Counted from the first letter of the stretch, positions 11,511 to 24,169 are shown. The stretch is 64,000 bases of DNA from Mobula birostris (GCF_030028105.1 NC_092382.1:100456699-100520698); one strand, 5' to 3'. Made by a program: numbers and translations. The notes: a model not told the origin generated them from the sequence alone.

Positions 11511-12218
11511 TGACGGGTAGTGGAGGCTTATCCTCATTACCAGCCTCCGGGTTACAGCATCCTTAAATAACTTTATGCCTAGATGTCTCTAAACAAGCTA
11601 ACCCTCCCTCGCACTTTCCTCGCCGTCGCCTGTCCCTGACACCGAAGTCAATATGGAGTTTGTTGCCGGACGCACGAGTCGGCTGGCCGCGCATGCGCAA
11701 GGAACAACTTACCTGTAGCACTAGTGACGCACAATTATTGCGGGACAGAACACACCCTCGTGCAAAGCGGTCACGGTGACGTTGTACCGAGGGGTGGGGG
11801 TGGGTGGGAGGGGGATGATTCGGGTCGGTCCCAGGAGAGGATGGTTGAAGGGAAGTCGCTAATCCTGAACCTTGGTGCTGTGGGGGGGGGGGGGGGGGGC
11901 TTCGGGCTTCTGTACCTCCTGCCCGCTGGGAGATGCGGGAAGAATCCACGGCCCGGATGGTGAGGTGTGTTTGATTCTGGATGTGGACTACTTGAAGCAG
12001 AACCTCCTCTGCCTACGACCGATGGTGGGAGGGAATGTGCCCATTTTATGAGGGGGGGTTTTGGGGAGGAAGCAGAAGAGGGTCACCAGGATGCCGCCTG
12101 GATTAGAGGGCATGAGCTATGGGGAGGGGTTGGATAAACTTGGCTGGTTTTCTCCGGAGCGGCCCTCGAAAGGCGAGCGAGGCCAGGGTCGGTTTTGTCA
12201 CGGAGACAGAGCGCTGTG

Positions 12219-12268
12219 TAATGACAGAGAAGCCTACTTCGGCAGCGGGACCAAACTGGTTGTCCTCG
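12219..12268 (+). CDS. TRBJ: TRB joining segment J#1 (NDREAYFGSGTKLVVL)
   Basis: FGXG motif; RSS GGTTTTGTC-12-CGCTGTG (12191-12218); donor G|GTGAGT. Confidence 0.95.
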
Positions 12269-13000
12269 GTGAGTGGATGCACGGCCGGCGCCGAGTCTGT
12301 CTGACTCGGAGCGGGGCGGGTCGGGCGGGGATCGAATTCGGGCTAAGAGGCACGCTTCGGCGTGTCCCCGCGGTCGGAGGTTGGAGGGGTAGGGGTTGGC
12401 GAAGGAAGGTCGCCGTTCTCTGGGATCAAGAGAGAGTACGAGACAGCGAGGGTAGAGGATGGGAGAGGGAGGGAGAGAGGTGGTTTTGGACGGGGGGGGA
12501 GAGGAAGATTTAGAGAAGAAAAGAAAGGGGAATGAGAATAAGGGGGGCGAGAGCAGGGGAGTTAGAGAATGGGAGAAGGAGCAAAGAAGGGAAGCGGGAG
12601 ACGAGAAAAGGGGAGGGAAAGTATAAAGGGAGGGAAGGGAAGGAGAGAAATTCAGAGCATGGGATAGAAAGGTGCGGGGAGACAGTGATTCGGAGGAGGG
12701 AGAGGGATATTGCTGGATGAGACGGGTGTTTTGGGGAAGAGATGGCTCGTGGGCGAAAGGGGAGAATGGGGGAAGGGGACGAAAGATAGAGAGGGGGAGA
12801 GAGAAATGGAAGAGTGGGAACGAGAGGGAAGAGGGAGAGGTGGGACGAAATAGTGAGGGGAAGAGGAGGGGGCGAGGGAAAGGAGAGGAGAGAGGAGTCT
12901 GGGCGACAGAGAGAGGAAAGAGAGATGGGGAAAAGTGTGAGAGAACAGGGAGGAAGAGCGAGACGAAGGGATGGAGAGAATGTGGGAGCGGGAGAGACTG

Positions 13001-13070
13001 GGCTGGTTAAAATAGATAAGGGACGTGTCGACAGACCAGGGGATAGAGGTTCGGCCTTGGTCTGAGTTCC
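13001..13070 (+). pseudogene. Relic of a J unit (pre-RSS flank and nonamer only), cut off by a CR1 fragment
   Basis: GGGCTGGTTAAAATAGATAAG...GGCCTTGGTCTGAG aligns with the flank of the 16.2-kb relic and with the J2/J5 RSS flanks; no heptamer or J coding sequence remains. Confidence 0.4.
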
Positions 13071-13074
13071 AGTT

Positions 13075-13600
13075 CAGGTGGGACATGGTAGAGTCTGTAA
13101 GATGCTGAGGCCTTGCAGAGGGGGCAGGAGACGCTCACCGGGATGCTGCCTGGGTTGGAGGGCGTGTGCCAACACGAGAGGCAGGGTGAACTTGGGTTGT
13201 TTTCTCCGGAGCGCCGGAGGCCGAGGGGAGATCTGAGAGAGGTTTATAAGATGATGAGAGACATAGATAGACTGGTAAGAGAGTATCTGTTTCCCAGGGT
13301 TGGAACGTCTAATACCAGAGGGCAAGCATTGAAGGTGGGAAGGGGATTGTGAGGGATACGTTTTTGACTCAGGGAGTCGTGGGGTGCCTGGAATGCGCTC
13401 CCTGGGGTGGTGGTGGAGGTAAATACATCGGAGGCTTTGAAGAGTCGTTTGGATAGGCAGGTGGATGTGAGGAAGTTGGAGGGATATGGACAGGGTGTAG
13501 GCGGGAGGGACTAGTGTTTGGGTGTTCTTGATCTGCTTTTAGCTGGACCAGCACAACATTGTGGGCCGAACGGCCTTTTCCTCCACTGCCCGATTCTGTG
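13075..13600 (+). mobile_element. Decayed CR1 3' end
   Basis: GMLPGLEG...RGDLREVYKMMR motif. Confidence 0.75.
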
Positions 13601-13703
13601 TTCAGTGCTCTATATGCTACATGGCCTGATCAAAACAGACAGTAGACAATGGGGTGTATCCCACAGAGCATTGTGCACCCAAGGGTGTAGAGCGTCGGCC
13701 TTT

Positions 13704-14667
13704 TAGAACATACAATAGTACAGCACAGTGCAGGCCCTTCGGCCCACATTGTTGTTCCGACCCTCAAACCCTGCCTCCCATATAAACCCCAACCTTAAAT
13801 TCCTCCATATACCTGTCTAGCAGTCTCTTAAACTTCACTAGTGTATCTGCCTCCACCACTGACTCAGGCAGTGCATTCCACGCACCAACCACTCTCTGAG
13901 TAAAAAACCCTCCTCTAATATCTCCCTTGAACTTCCCACCCCTTACCTTAAAGCCATGTCCTCTTGTACTGAGCAGTGGTACCCTGGGGAAGAGGCGCTG
14001 GCTATCCACTCTATCTATTCCTCTTATTATCTTGTACACCTCTATCATATCTCCTCTCATCGTCCTTCTCTCCAAAGAGTAAAGCCCTAGCTCCCTTAAT
14101 CTCTGATCATAATCCATACTCTCTAAACCAGGCAGCATCCTGGTAAATCTCCTCAGTACCCTTTCCAATGCTTCCACACCCTTCCTATAGTGAGGTGACC
14201 AGAACTGGACACAGTACTCCAAGTGTGGCCTAACCAGAGTTTTATAGAGCTGCATCATTACCTCGCGACTCTTAAACTCTATCCCTCCACTTATGAAAGA
14301 TAACACCTTTCTGACTACCCTATCCACCTGTGAGGCAACTTTCAGGGATCTGTGGACATGTACCCCCAGATCCCTCTGCTGTTCCACGCTACCAAATATC
14401 CTGCCATTTACTTTGTACTCCGCTTTGGACTTTGTCCTTCCAAAGTGTACAAACTCACACCTCTCCGGGTTGAACTCTATCTGCCACTTCTCAGCCCACT
14501 TCTGCATCCTATCAATGTCTCTCTCTGCAATCTTTGACAATCCTCTACACTATCTGCAACACCACCAACCTTTGTGTCGTCTGCAAACTTGCCAACCCAC
14601 CCTTCTACCCCCACATCCAGGTCGTTAATAAAAATCACGAAAAGCAGAGGTTCCAGAACCGATCCAG
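13704..14667 (-). mobile_element. 5'-truncated CR1 LINE
   Basis: ORF 13764-14540 (258 aa) is the CR1 ORF2 C-terminus; tail at 13704. Confidence 0.95.
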
Positions 14668-14689
14668 ATCTTTTCTGGAGTCCCGCCTC

Positions 14690-14885
14690 AGAGGGGACAA
14701 AACGGAGGGTTCCTCCGCTGAGTCTATACGCAGAGAGCTCAAAAATAAGAAACGAGCAGACTTTCTAATCGGATACAACTACACGTTGCAATACACAACG
14801 GAACATTGAAGAACACTGGGGGTATGCAGGCAGGTTAGAGAAGTGACGGAAAATCCGACAGGGTCGTTGCTGTGGGTGACTTCAG
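14690..14885 (+). mobile_element. CR1 endonuclease-domain remnant abutting the J#2 RSS
   Basis: EGSSAESIRRELKNKK...; GCAGGCAGGTTAGAGAAG...GTGGGTGACTTCA (the xGDFN motif). Confidence 0.7.
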
Positions 14886-14937
14886 AGGCAGGTTCAGGGG
14901 GCCAGGCCTAGTTTTGAGACAGCCCCGAGCTGGTGTG

Positions 14938-14987
14938 TAACACTGCTGAAGCTTACTTCGGAGACGGGACAAAACTAGTCGTTTTAG
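14938..14987 (+). CDS. TRBJ: TRB joining segment J#2 (NTAEAYFGDGTKLVVL)
   Basis: FGXG; RSS AGTTTTGAG-12-TGGTGTG (14910-14937); donor G|GTAAGC. Confidence 0.95.
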
Positions 14988-15181
14988 GTAAGCGGGTGCC
15001 CGTCTAACGCCGGGTGAGGGGCGCGTGGAGCCCCCGGGGCTGCGGGGGCGGTGGAGGGGGTGAGGGGGACGGGGGACGTGAAGATGGATAGTCGGCTCCA
15101 ACGAAGGAGTATTGCCAGAGCGGGGAAAGTTGGGGAAGTGGGGGATCCTAATAGAGACAGGTAGACAGAGAGAGGCGGTGA

Positions 15182-15213
<32 letters not shown>

Positions 15214-16196
15214 CAGATAGAGCCGAAAAGAGAGGGAGGAAGGTAAGCAGAAACCGGCGGAGGAGGTAAGAAGGGCAGACAGACAGAAAGTGGGGCAGAG
15301 AGATGGGATGGCGGGAGAGAATCATAGTGGGGCAGATAGAGAGACAGGGAAATCGTTTGTTGGGTTCTATGTGGGAGCGGAGGGGGACAGAGAGTGATCG
15401 ACAAGAGTGTGAGAAAGGAGAGCGGTGGGTGGTAGAGAGCGTGAGAGGAAGGAGTGAGGGACAGAGGAGAGGGAACGAGGGGAGTGGTAGAGAGCGGAGC
15501 AGACGGGAGAGGGGAGATAGCGAGAAGAATGGAATAAATTGGATAGGTACATGGATGGGAGAGGTCTAGCAGGTTGTGGACTGGATGCAGGTCAATGGGA
15601 CGAGCGGAATAATACTCTGGCACAGACTAGAAGGGCCGAATAGCCTGTTTTCTGTGCTGTGCTGTACTGTTGAGGCCAGTTCATTGGCTACATTTAAGAG
15701 GGAGTTAGATATGGCCCGTGTGGCTAAAGGGCTCAGGGCGTATGGAGGGAAGGCTGGTACAGGGTTCTGAGTTAGATGATCAGCCATGATCGTACTGAAT
15801 GGCGGTGCAGGTTCGTAGGGCCGAATGGCCTACTCCTGCACCTATTTTCTATTTTTCTATCTTTCTATGTTCTATTGTTCTATGGTTCTAATGGGTCAAG
15901 GGGGAGATAGAGAAGGGGGAGGAATGAGGGATTGAGAGAGAGAGGGGGAGGAAAGTCTTGCACTGTTAATCAGCGACAAGATCGCATGTCTTCTCTGCTT
16001 TCTGTGGACGAGAGAGGGGAATTGACTGATGGGTGGATTCGGGAGAAACGGGGAAAGAAGTGTGAGAGCAGTGGGAAGAGAGAAATGAGGAGAGTGGGCA
16101 AGAGAGAGAGGGAGAGATTGGGCTGATTGAAATAAACTGCAGATAAGAGATGCATTGGCAGACGATTGTGGGGACACATGGTTAGACGCCAGGCCT

Positions 16197-16260
16197 TGTT
16201 TTGAGTCAGTGCCAAACTCATTGGAGGGCTCAATAACTGTGTTTCCATGGGCAAAACTTA
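16197..16260 (+). pseudogene. Highly decayed J pseudogene (J2/J5-like)
   Basis: CCAGGCCTTGTTTTGAGTCAG matches the J2 flank CCAGGCCTAGTTTTGAGACAG. After a 12-nt spacer the heptamer is destroyed (TCATTGG). Remnant ...TTCCATGGGCAAAACT resembles TTCGGAGACGGGACAAAACT. No donor. Confidence 0.6.
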
Positions 16261-17871
16261 TAAACAAGAAAGTTGCAATCACTCCGATGGGATGGTACTA
16301 CAGACCTTAGATCTCCAACAAGACAATGAGGAACAGAAATGCAGGCAGATTAGAGAAAGTTGCAAAACGACCCCCGGGTTGTCGTGAGTGACTTCAAATT
16401 TACCCTCACCCCCCCAGTATTAATTGAGGCCTCCTTAGTGCAAGAGGGTTTGACGGGGCTAGTCTTATTCGGGGCGTCCAAAGGAGTTCGCTGAAATAGT
16501 TTCTGGATGGTCCAACTAGAGGAGGGAGTCATTGCGGACCTGGCGTTGGGAGATACGGCTGGCCTTTCGGCAAGGGAGCATCCTGTAAATAGTGATCACA
16601 GCGCATAGGTTTTCAGGTGGCCGCGAATGATTATAATAATGGGTCTCCTCGGAAAGCGTTCAACTGGACAGGGATAAATGATAAAGATATTAGGCAGGGA
16701 AGAGAGAAGGATGATTGAGAACTGCTAATTTTTGGGCAAGTTCGCATCTTGGGGGGGATGTTTTAACTCCCTTAATCCACACATACAGGAAATGTATGTT
16801 TCGGTAAGACAAGGTTGGAAAGATTAGGGAAACTTGGATGACATACAAGTCGGTTTAAAACTTAGGGGGGACCTGCTACAATTATACAGGACGCTGGTAA
16901 GGCCATACTTGGACCTCTGTGCTCACTTGAGGTCTGTCTCCTGTTGGAAACGCGTCATTAATCTTGAAAGAATGCGGGAAAGGTTTACGTGGATGTTGCC
17001 AGGATTCGATGGGCTTCGTTATAGGAAAGATGGGACAGATGATTGGGGCAGGAGGGCGTTTGAAAATGCGTCTGGCCAGGTGGATGGCCTTTCAATGGCG
17101 GGGTGGGGAGCATCCAGCCAACAGTGATCACAACCCATTAATTCTCATAAACTTAGTAACGGATCTCGTGTTCAACCTTAAGAGGACAACTTAGAGTATT
17201 AGGCAGGAGTGAGGGAGAGATAATTGAGTAAAGCTAATTGTGGGCAACGCTCACGTCAGCTGTGGGGACTGTTTGAACATCACCTGCACAAAATACAGGG
17301 ACCCCACAGAGTACAAGACATTATGCTTAGCTAATAACCAAAGACAGGGACGGTCAAATCAGAGAACCTTGGATGACAGGCTGGCAAGACGTACAGCACG
17401 CTTAGAATATTGAGTTCAGGGCTGGTTACCCTCCAATAGGAAAGCTGTCATTAATCAGGAAAGAATGCGGAAAGGGTAGGAAATGATATCGCCAGGATTC
17501 GAGGGACTGAGTTATAGGGAGAGATTGGCCGCGTATGACTTCATTCCTTGAAGCGTAAGAGACTGAGAGGCGATATTTAAAAAAAAACAATACTGCCGGG
17601 AAGATGCCATTAACTTGGAAAGAGTGCAGAAGTAGGTTTGGGAGGATCTTGCTTGCTGGGAGACGAGGAACTGATTATGGAAGCAGGTCGGTCTGGGATG
17701 GGACTTTATAACTTAGAGCGTAGGAGACTGAGAGATGATCTGATATGTGTTCTATTATCTTGAGGGGCTGAGATGGGGATACAGGAACTAGGGGGAACAG
17801 GTTTAAGGTGAGAGGGCAAAGCTTCGCGAGGAACTTGAGAGAACATTTCTTTAACACGAAGAAACGGTGGC

Positions 17872-18750
17872 ATAGGACCATCAGACCATAGAATATAGAA
17901 TATAGGAGCCATTCGGCCCATCGAGTCTGATCCGCCATTCAATCATGGGCTGATCCAATTCTTCCAGTCATCCCCACTCCCCTGCCTTCTCCCCGTACCT
18001 TTGATGCCCTGGTTAATCAAGAACCTATCCATCTCTGCCTTAAATACACCCAATGACTTGGCGTCCACAGATTCCACACATTTACCGCCCTGTGACTAAA
18101 GAAATTTCTCCGCATCTCTGCTCTAAATGGACGTCCCTCAATCGTGAAGTCGTGCCTTCCTGTCCTAGACTCCCGCTACTATGGGAAATGACTTTGCCAC
18201 ATCTAATTTAATATTCGAGATGTTTCTCTGAGATCCCCCCCTTCCCCCACGATTCTCCTGAACTCCAGGGAATACAGTCCAAGAGCTGCTAGACGCTGCT
18301 CATACCGTAACCCTTTCATTCCAGGAATCATTCTCGTGAATCTTCTCTGAGCCCTCTCCAATGTCAGTATATCCCTTCTAAAATAAGGTACCCCAAACTG
18401 CACACAATACTCCAAGTGAGGTCTCACCAGCGCCTTATAAAGCCTCAACATCACATCCCTGCTCCTATACTCTATATCTCTAGAAATGAATGCCAACATT
18501 GTATTCGCCTTCTGCACCACCGACGCAACCTGGAGGTTAACCTTTAGGGTATCCTGCACAAGGACTCCCAAGTTCCTTTGCATCTCTGCATTTTGAATTC
18601 TCTCCCCATCCAAATAATAGTTTGCCTGTTTATTTCTTCCACCAAAGTGCATGACCATACACTTTCCAACATTGTATTTCATTTGCCACTTCTTTGGCCA
18701 TTCCTCCAAACTACCTAAGTCTCTCTGCAGGATCTCTGTTTCCTCAACCC
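17872..18750 (-). mobile_element. 5'-truncated CR1 LINE
   Basis: ORF 18203-18904 encodes the CR1 RT C-terminus; tail at ~17880. Confidence 0.9.
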
Positions 18751-18929
18751 TATGGGATGCCAGAGGAAATGGCTGAGGTGGTGTAAAAACAACTGCTGAA
18801 GGAGAGCCAGACAGATTCAAGAACAGGAAAGGTTCAGAGGGGTATGGGCCAAACGATATCCCTAAAGATTGGCCGAAACCCGTAATTCTGCTCCTGCGCT
18901 GCACGGTCTAAATCTAACGCTGGCGAGTA

Positions 18930-19015
18930 GGACTAGAGAAACAAGCAGAAAATTCTGGAAGGACCCGGCATCTATGGACAGGGATAAAGAGGCAACGTTC
19001 TGGGCCGAAACCCTT
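18930..19015 (-). mobile_element. Degenerate Penelope-like terminal fragment (another at ~28610-28700)
   Basis: GCATCTATGGA...CAACGTTCTGGGCCGAAACCCTTC resembles the terminal sequence at 58030-58090. Confidence 0.5.
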
Positions 19016-19251
19016 CGGCGGGGGGCAGATTGGAGAAAGGTGGGGAAAGGAACAGGGGCATTATCGTGGGTGATTTCAACCCCTGACATGGCCTGGGACA
19101 TCCTTAGGGCAAGAGGTTCAGACGGGGAGGGTAACCTTGAAACAATTTGCGCATGGCCCCAGTGGAGGAGGGGCAATGCTGGACCCGGCGTTGGGAAATG
19201 AATCTAGCCAGGTGACTGAACTCTCAGTTGGAGGAGCACTAAACAAACGGT

Positions 19252-20366
19252 GATAGAACATAGAACAGTACAGCACAGTACAGGCCCTTCGACCCACAAT
19301 GTTGTGCCGACCCTCAAACCCTGCCTCCCATATAAACCCCCACCTTAAATTCCTCCATATACCTGTCTAGTAGTCTCTTAAACTTCACTAGTGTATCTGC
19401 CTCCACCATTGACTCAGGCAGTGTATTCCACGCACCAACCACTCTCTGAGTAAAAAACCTTCCTCTAATATCCCCCTTGAACTTCCCACCCCTTACCTTA
19501 AAGCCATGTCCTCTTGTATTGAGCAGTGGTGCCCTGGGGAAGAGGCGCTGGCTATCCACTCTACCTATTCCTTTATTATCTTGTACACCTCTATCACGTC
19601 TCCTCTCATCCTCCTTCTCTCCAAAGAGAAAAGCCCCTAGCTCCCTTAATCTCTGATCATAATGCATACTTTCTAAAACAGGCAGTATCCTGGTAAATCT
19701 CCTCTGTACTCTTTCCAATGCTTCCACATCCTTCCTATAGTGAGGCGACCAGAACTGGACACAGTACTCCAAGTGTGGCCTAACCAGAGTTTTATAGAGC
19801 TGCATCATGACATCGCGACTCTTAAACTCTATCCCTCGACTTATGAAAGCTAACACCCCATAAGCTTTCTTAACTACCCTATCCACCTGTGAGGCAACTT
19901 TCAGGGATCTGTGGACATGTACCCCCAGATCCCTCTGCTCCTCCACACTACCAAGTATCCTGCCATTTACTTTGTACTCTGCCTTGGAGTTTGTCCTTCC
20001 ACAGTGTACCACCTCACAGTTCTCCGGGTTGAACTCCATCTGCCACTTCTCAGCCCACATCTGCATCCCATCAATGTCTCTCTGCAATCTTTGACAATCC
20101 TCTACACTATCTACAACACCACCAACCTTTGTGTCGTCTGCAAACTTGCCAACCCACCCTTCCACCCCCACATCCAGGTCGTTAATAAAAATCATGAAAA
20201 GTATAGGTCCCAGAATAGATCCTTGTGGGACACCACTAGTCACAATCCTCCAATCTGAATGGACTCCCTCCCTGCCTTCTGCATGCAAGCCAATTCTGAA
20301 TCCACCTGGCCAAACTTCCCTCGATCCCATGCTTTCTGACTTTCTGAATAAGCCTATCGTGTGGAA
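19252..20366 (-). mobile_element. 5'-truncated CR1 LINE
   Basis: ORF 19314-20369 (351 aa) with GVPQGS and FADD motifs; (CTATGTT)n tail. Confidence 0.95.
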
Positions 20367-21253
20367 CATTCATGTCGTTATGCATACACATAATGATGGA
20401 TCTCGTATTCAACTTTAAGATGGCAAATTATGAAAATATTAGGCAGGAGCGAGGGCCCCTTAATTGGGCAAAGCGAATTTTTGGGCAAATCCTCACGTGA
20501 CCGTCGGAGGATTATGGGAACTATACAGAGTGCAGGGCGCGTACGTTCAAGTACTCAGGAATGACTAGCTTCGATGGGGCTTCTGGGTCGGCATGGACCA
20601 GCGGGCTCTAATAGTGTCATTCCTTGCATCTGACGCTATGTCGAGTCTAGGTCTCGTTTGGGGGCCCGAAATCGGGTGGGGAGGGGAACATAGTGGGAGG
20701 TTGGTTTACTAAGTCTACAAGGGTAGTTCTCAAATGATAAGACAACTGTAATCACGGAATTAGACTACAAACAACCCCCCACCCCCACCCCGCCCCAATA
20801 GCAACGGGAACACTGAGGCAGATTAGAGAAAGGTGCGGAAAACAACACGGTTGCTATTCTCGGCGACTTCAACTCTCCCAACATAGACTTGGACCTCCCT
20901 AGTACAAGAGGTTTAGTCGGGGCAGAATTTGTCCACAGCATCCAGGAGAGTCTCTTCAGCAATTTGCATCTGGGACAACTGGAGGAGTGGTTTCTCTGGT
21001 CTGGGCGGTGGGAAATCAGTCTGGCCAGGCGACTGGGCTTCCTGTGGGGGAGCATCTAGCAAGTAGTGATCACAACTCAGTACGTTTACCAGTGGTAAGG
21101 AACAAGCATAATAATGGGCCTCATTTTCAACTTTACCAGGACAGGGTATGAGAATATAAAGCAAGCGTAAGGAAGTGTTAATTGCAATTAAGCTAAATTT
21201 TGAGCAAATCCTCACGTGACCCGTCGCGGATATTTAAGCATCGTCTGCACAGA

Positions 21254-21555
21254 GTGTTGGCGCGTGGCCAAGTGGTTAAGGCGTTGGTCTAGTGATCTGA
21301 AGGTCGCCAGTTCGAGTCTCGGCTGAGGCAGCGTGTTGTGTCCTTGAGCAAGGCACTTAGCCACACATTGCTCAGCGACGACATCGGTGCCGAGCTGTAT
21401 CGACCCTAGTGCCCTTCCCTTGGACAACATTGGTGTCGTGGAGAGGGGAGACTTGCAGCATGGGCAACTGCCGGTCTTCCATACAATCTTGCCCAGGCCT
21501 GCGCCCTGGAAACCTTCCAAGGTCCATGGTCTCACGAGACTAGCAGATGCCTATA
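21254..21555 (+). mobile_element. CORE-type SINE, full length
   Basis: A box TGGCCAAGTGG, B box GTTCGAGTC, core motif, simple-repeat tail. Confidence 0.9.
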
Positions 21556-22084
21556 TGTGTGTGTGTATATATATATATATAACTTCACAGAGTACAGAAA
21601 TCCCATAGAGGGGCCACTCTATACCTGGCGTTGGGAAATGAACCTAGCCAGGTGACTGACGTTTAGCTTGTAAAGAAAGCCAGGATATGCAGGCAGATTA
21701 GAATAAGGTGGAGAAGGCCACGGGGCTGTTATCGTAGGTGACCACTTGAAAAACAGACTAGGACATCCTTAGTGTGAGAGGTTTAGACCGGGTCATATAG
21801 GGTAACCTTGAACCTCAAGAGGGTAACCTTGAAACAGTTTGTGCGTGGCCCAAGTGGAGGAGGGGCCATCCTATACCTGGTGTTGGGGAATGAACCCAGC
21901 CAGGTGACGGAAGTTTTAGTCGGAGGGGAGTATCCAGCAAACAGTGATCACAACGCATGAAGTGTTGATGTTAATTGTGAATAAGCATAGCAATGGTTCG
22001 CGTATTTAACTTTCATAGGACATATGATGAGATTGGCCGGCAGGGACGAGGTACAGTTAACTGAGTAGAGCAAATTTTGGGGGG

Positions 22085-22845
22085 GAGGGAGAATCTTTGT
22101 GTGACCTGCGTGGCGTTTTAACCACCGGCTTCACGAAGTGCAGGAACTCTACAACGTACAGTTCATGATACTCAACAGTATTGTGTCTGCTGTGGAGACC
22201 TTCAGGTTTCTGGGTGTCACAATCTCCCAGGACCTGAAGTGGACACCCAACGCGGACACTCTTATCAAAAAAGGGCTCAGCAGAGGTTGCATTTCCCATG
22301 TCAACTCAAGAAGTACAACCTGCCTTAGGAGCTGCTGATTCAATTCTATTCAGTCTGTTCTCTGTTTGTCCATCACTGTCTGGTTTGGATCAGCTACCAA
22401 ACAAGACAAGAATAGACTCCAAAGAACTGTCAGGGCTGCGGAAAGGATTATTGGTGTGAAGCTGCCCTCGATCCAGGACTTATATGCATCTAGAGTCAGG
22501 GAGCGAGCAAGCAGCATCATTGTAGACCCATCACACCCTGGACATCACCTGTTCCAACTCCTTCCTTCTGGTAGGCGCTTTAGATCACTGTATGCCAGGA
22601 CAAATAGGTACAAGAACAGTTTCTTTCCGTAAGCCATCAGTCTCCTGAACACTTGAATTTTAGTCTATTATAAACCAAGTCCACCTGTACATACACAGGT
22701 ATACCTCATTGTATGTAGTTCACGATTGTTTTGTTTGCTTTTTGATTCTGTACAGCGAGAGCTCAGGGAAACCGGCATCAAATTCCCTGTATGTGTCCAC
22801 ATACTTGGCGATAATAAAGGATTCCGATTCTGATTCTGATTCTAC
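22085..22845 (+). mobile_element. Rex1/Babar-type LINE 3' fragment
   Basis: FRFLGVTISQDLKW, WFGSATKQDKNRLQR...RYKNSFFP; AATAAA + (GATTCT)n tail. Confidence 0.85.
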
Positions 22846-23550
22846 AGGGCATGTATGCTTAAGTACCAAGGAAAGGCAAGGATGGCAGGGTCAGGGATCC
22901 TTGGGTGAGAGGGCATTCCGTATAACAGTTGGGTTTCATGGCTGCGGTTGCACAGGACGCCGGTGAGCGGCAATTCAGTTTTCGGTCCCCCTCCTGTAGG
23001 CAAGAAGTCATCAGTCTTGGAAGAATGCGGGCTAGGTTTACAAGAGGCTGCCAGGATGTTAAGGAGCTGGGATATATAAGCTAAGGATTCTATTCTTCAG
23101 AGCGCAGGGGACTGGGAGATGGTCCTTCAAAAGATATTGTGAAGCAAGAAGGAGTGCAGGGGGAGATTAACGAAGATGTTGTCGGGGCTGGAGGAACAAG
23201 GCTACGGAGAGTAGCCGGGCAGGGTGGGACATTATTTCAGAGGGGTGACCTTCCAGAGGTGTATAAGACCACGAGGAGCTCACATAGGGTGAATTCGTCC
23301 AGACTGTTACCCCCACGTTCGGGCATAGGTTTAAGGTGAGGTTCGGGGGGTTTGTGGGTGGTATTTAAACGCTAGCACATTGGATTATCTCGGATAGGGA
23401 CATCTTGGTCGGCATGGACCTGCTGGGCTACGACCATGCGGAGGGGCGGTGGGGGTGGGGGGGTGGGCTGCGAATTTGTTCGAGTCTCGCCCGAACAGAC
23501 GCAGCGGGGGAGAGCGAGGGCTGGTTTTGGAACAGGCCCCGGCCGCCGTG

Positions 23551-23600
23551 TACTGGCAGCGAGCAATATTTCGGCAGCGGGACCAAATTGGTCGTCTTAG
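23551..23600 (+). CDS. TRBJ: TRB joining segment J#3 (TGSEQYFGSGTKLVVL)
   Basis: FGXG; RSS GGTTTTGGA-12-CGCCGTG (23523-23550); donor G|GTGAGT. Confidence 0.95.
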
Positions 23601-24119
23601 GTGAGTCGGCTGTTTTCTGGTGCTGAGTCCATTTGACTCGGAGGGGAGGTGGGGGGTGGTAGTGGGACAAACAAGCGGGGTAGAACTCTCCCCAGGGAGA
23701 GAAGCGGGGAGACGCGAGAGGTCTCCTGTGAGGGAGAGGGACGGGAAAACAGAGAGCAACAGTGGAGAACAGAAGAGGGGGAAGAGAGATGGGTACAGAC
23801 AAGAAGGGGGTGATATGGAGGGGAAAGGCATAGAGACTGAGAGGAGGGGAGAAGCGGAAGAGAGAAGGAATGGGAGAGAGGAAAGGGAGGAAAAGAGGGA
23901 AGACAGGGGAAAGGAGACAAAACGGAAGGATAAAGAGAGAGAGAAAGTGTAGAAATGAGCGATAAAGGTGGAGAAATGAGGGCGGGTGGGATAGAGAGCC
24001 TGCTTCCATGTTGTATCAGTCCACGGCTCTCCGTGGAGGGAGTTGGCGGATTTAGCCCAGTCTCGGCTGAGAGAGAGAGACAGCGAGGGCTGGTTTTGAA
24101 ACGGGCCCCGGCCGCTGTG

Positions 24120-24169
24120 TACTAACGCTGAGCAGTATTTCGGCGGCGGGACCAAGCTGGTTGTATTAG
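24120..24169 (+). CDS. TRBJ: TRB joining segment J#4 (TNAEQYFGGGTKLVVL)
   Basis: FGXG; RSS GGTTTTGAA-12-CGCTGTG (24092-24119); donor G|GTGAGT; clear paralogue of J#3. Confidence 0.95.
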
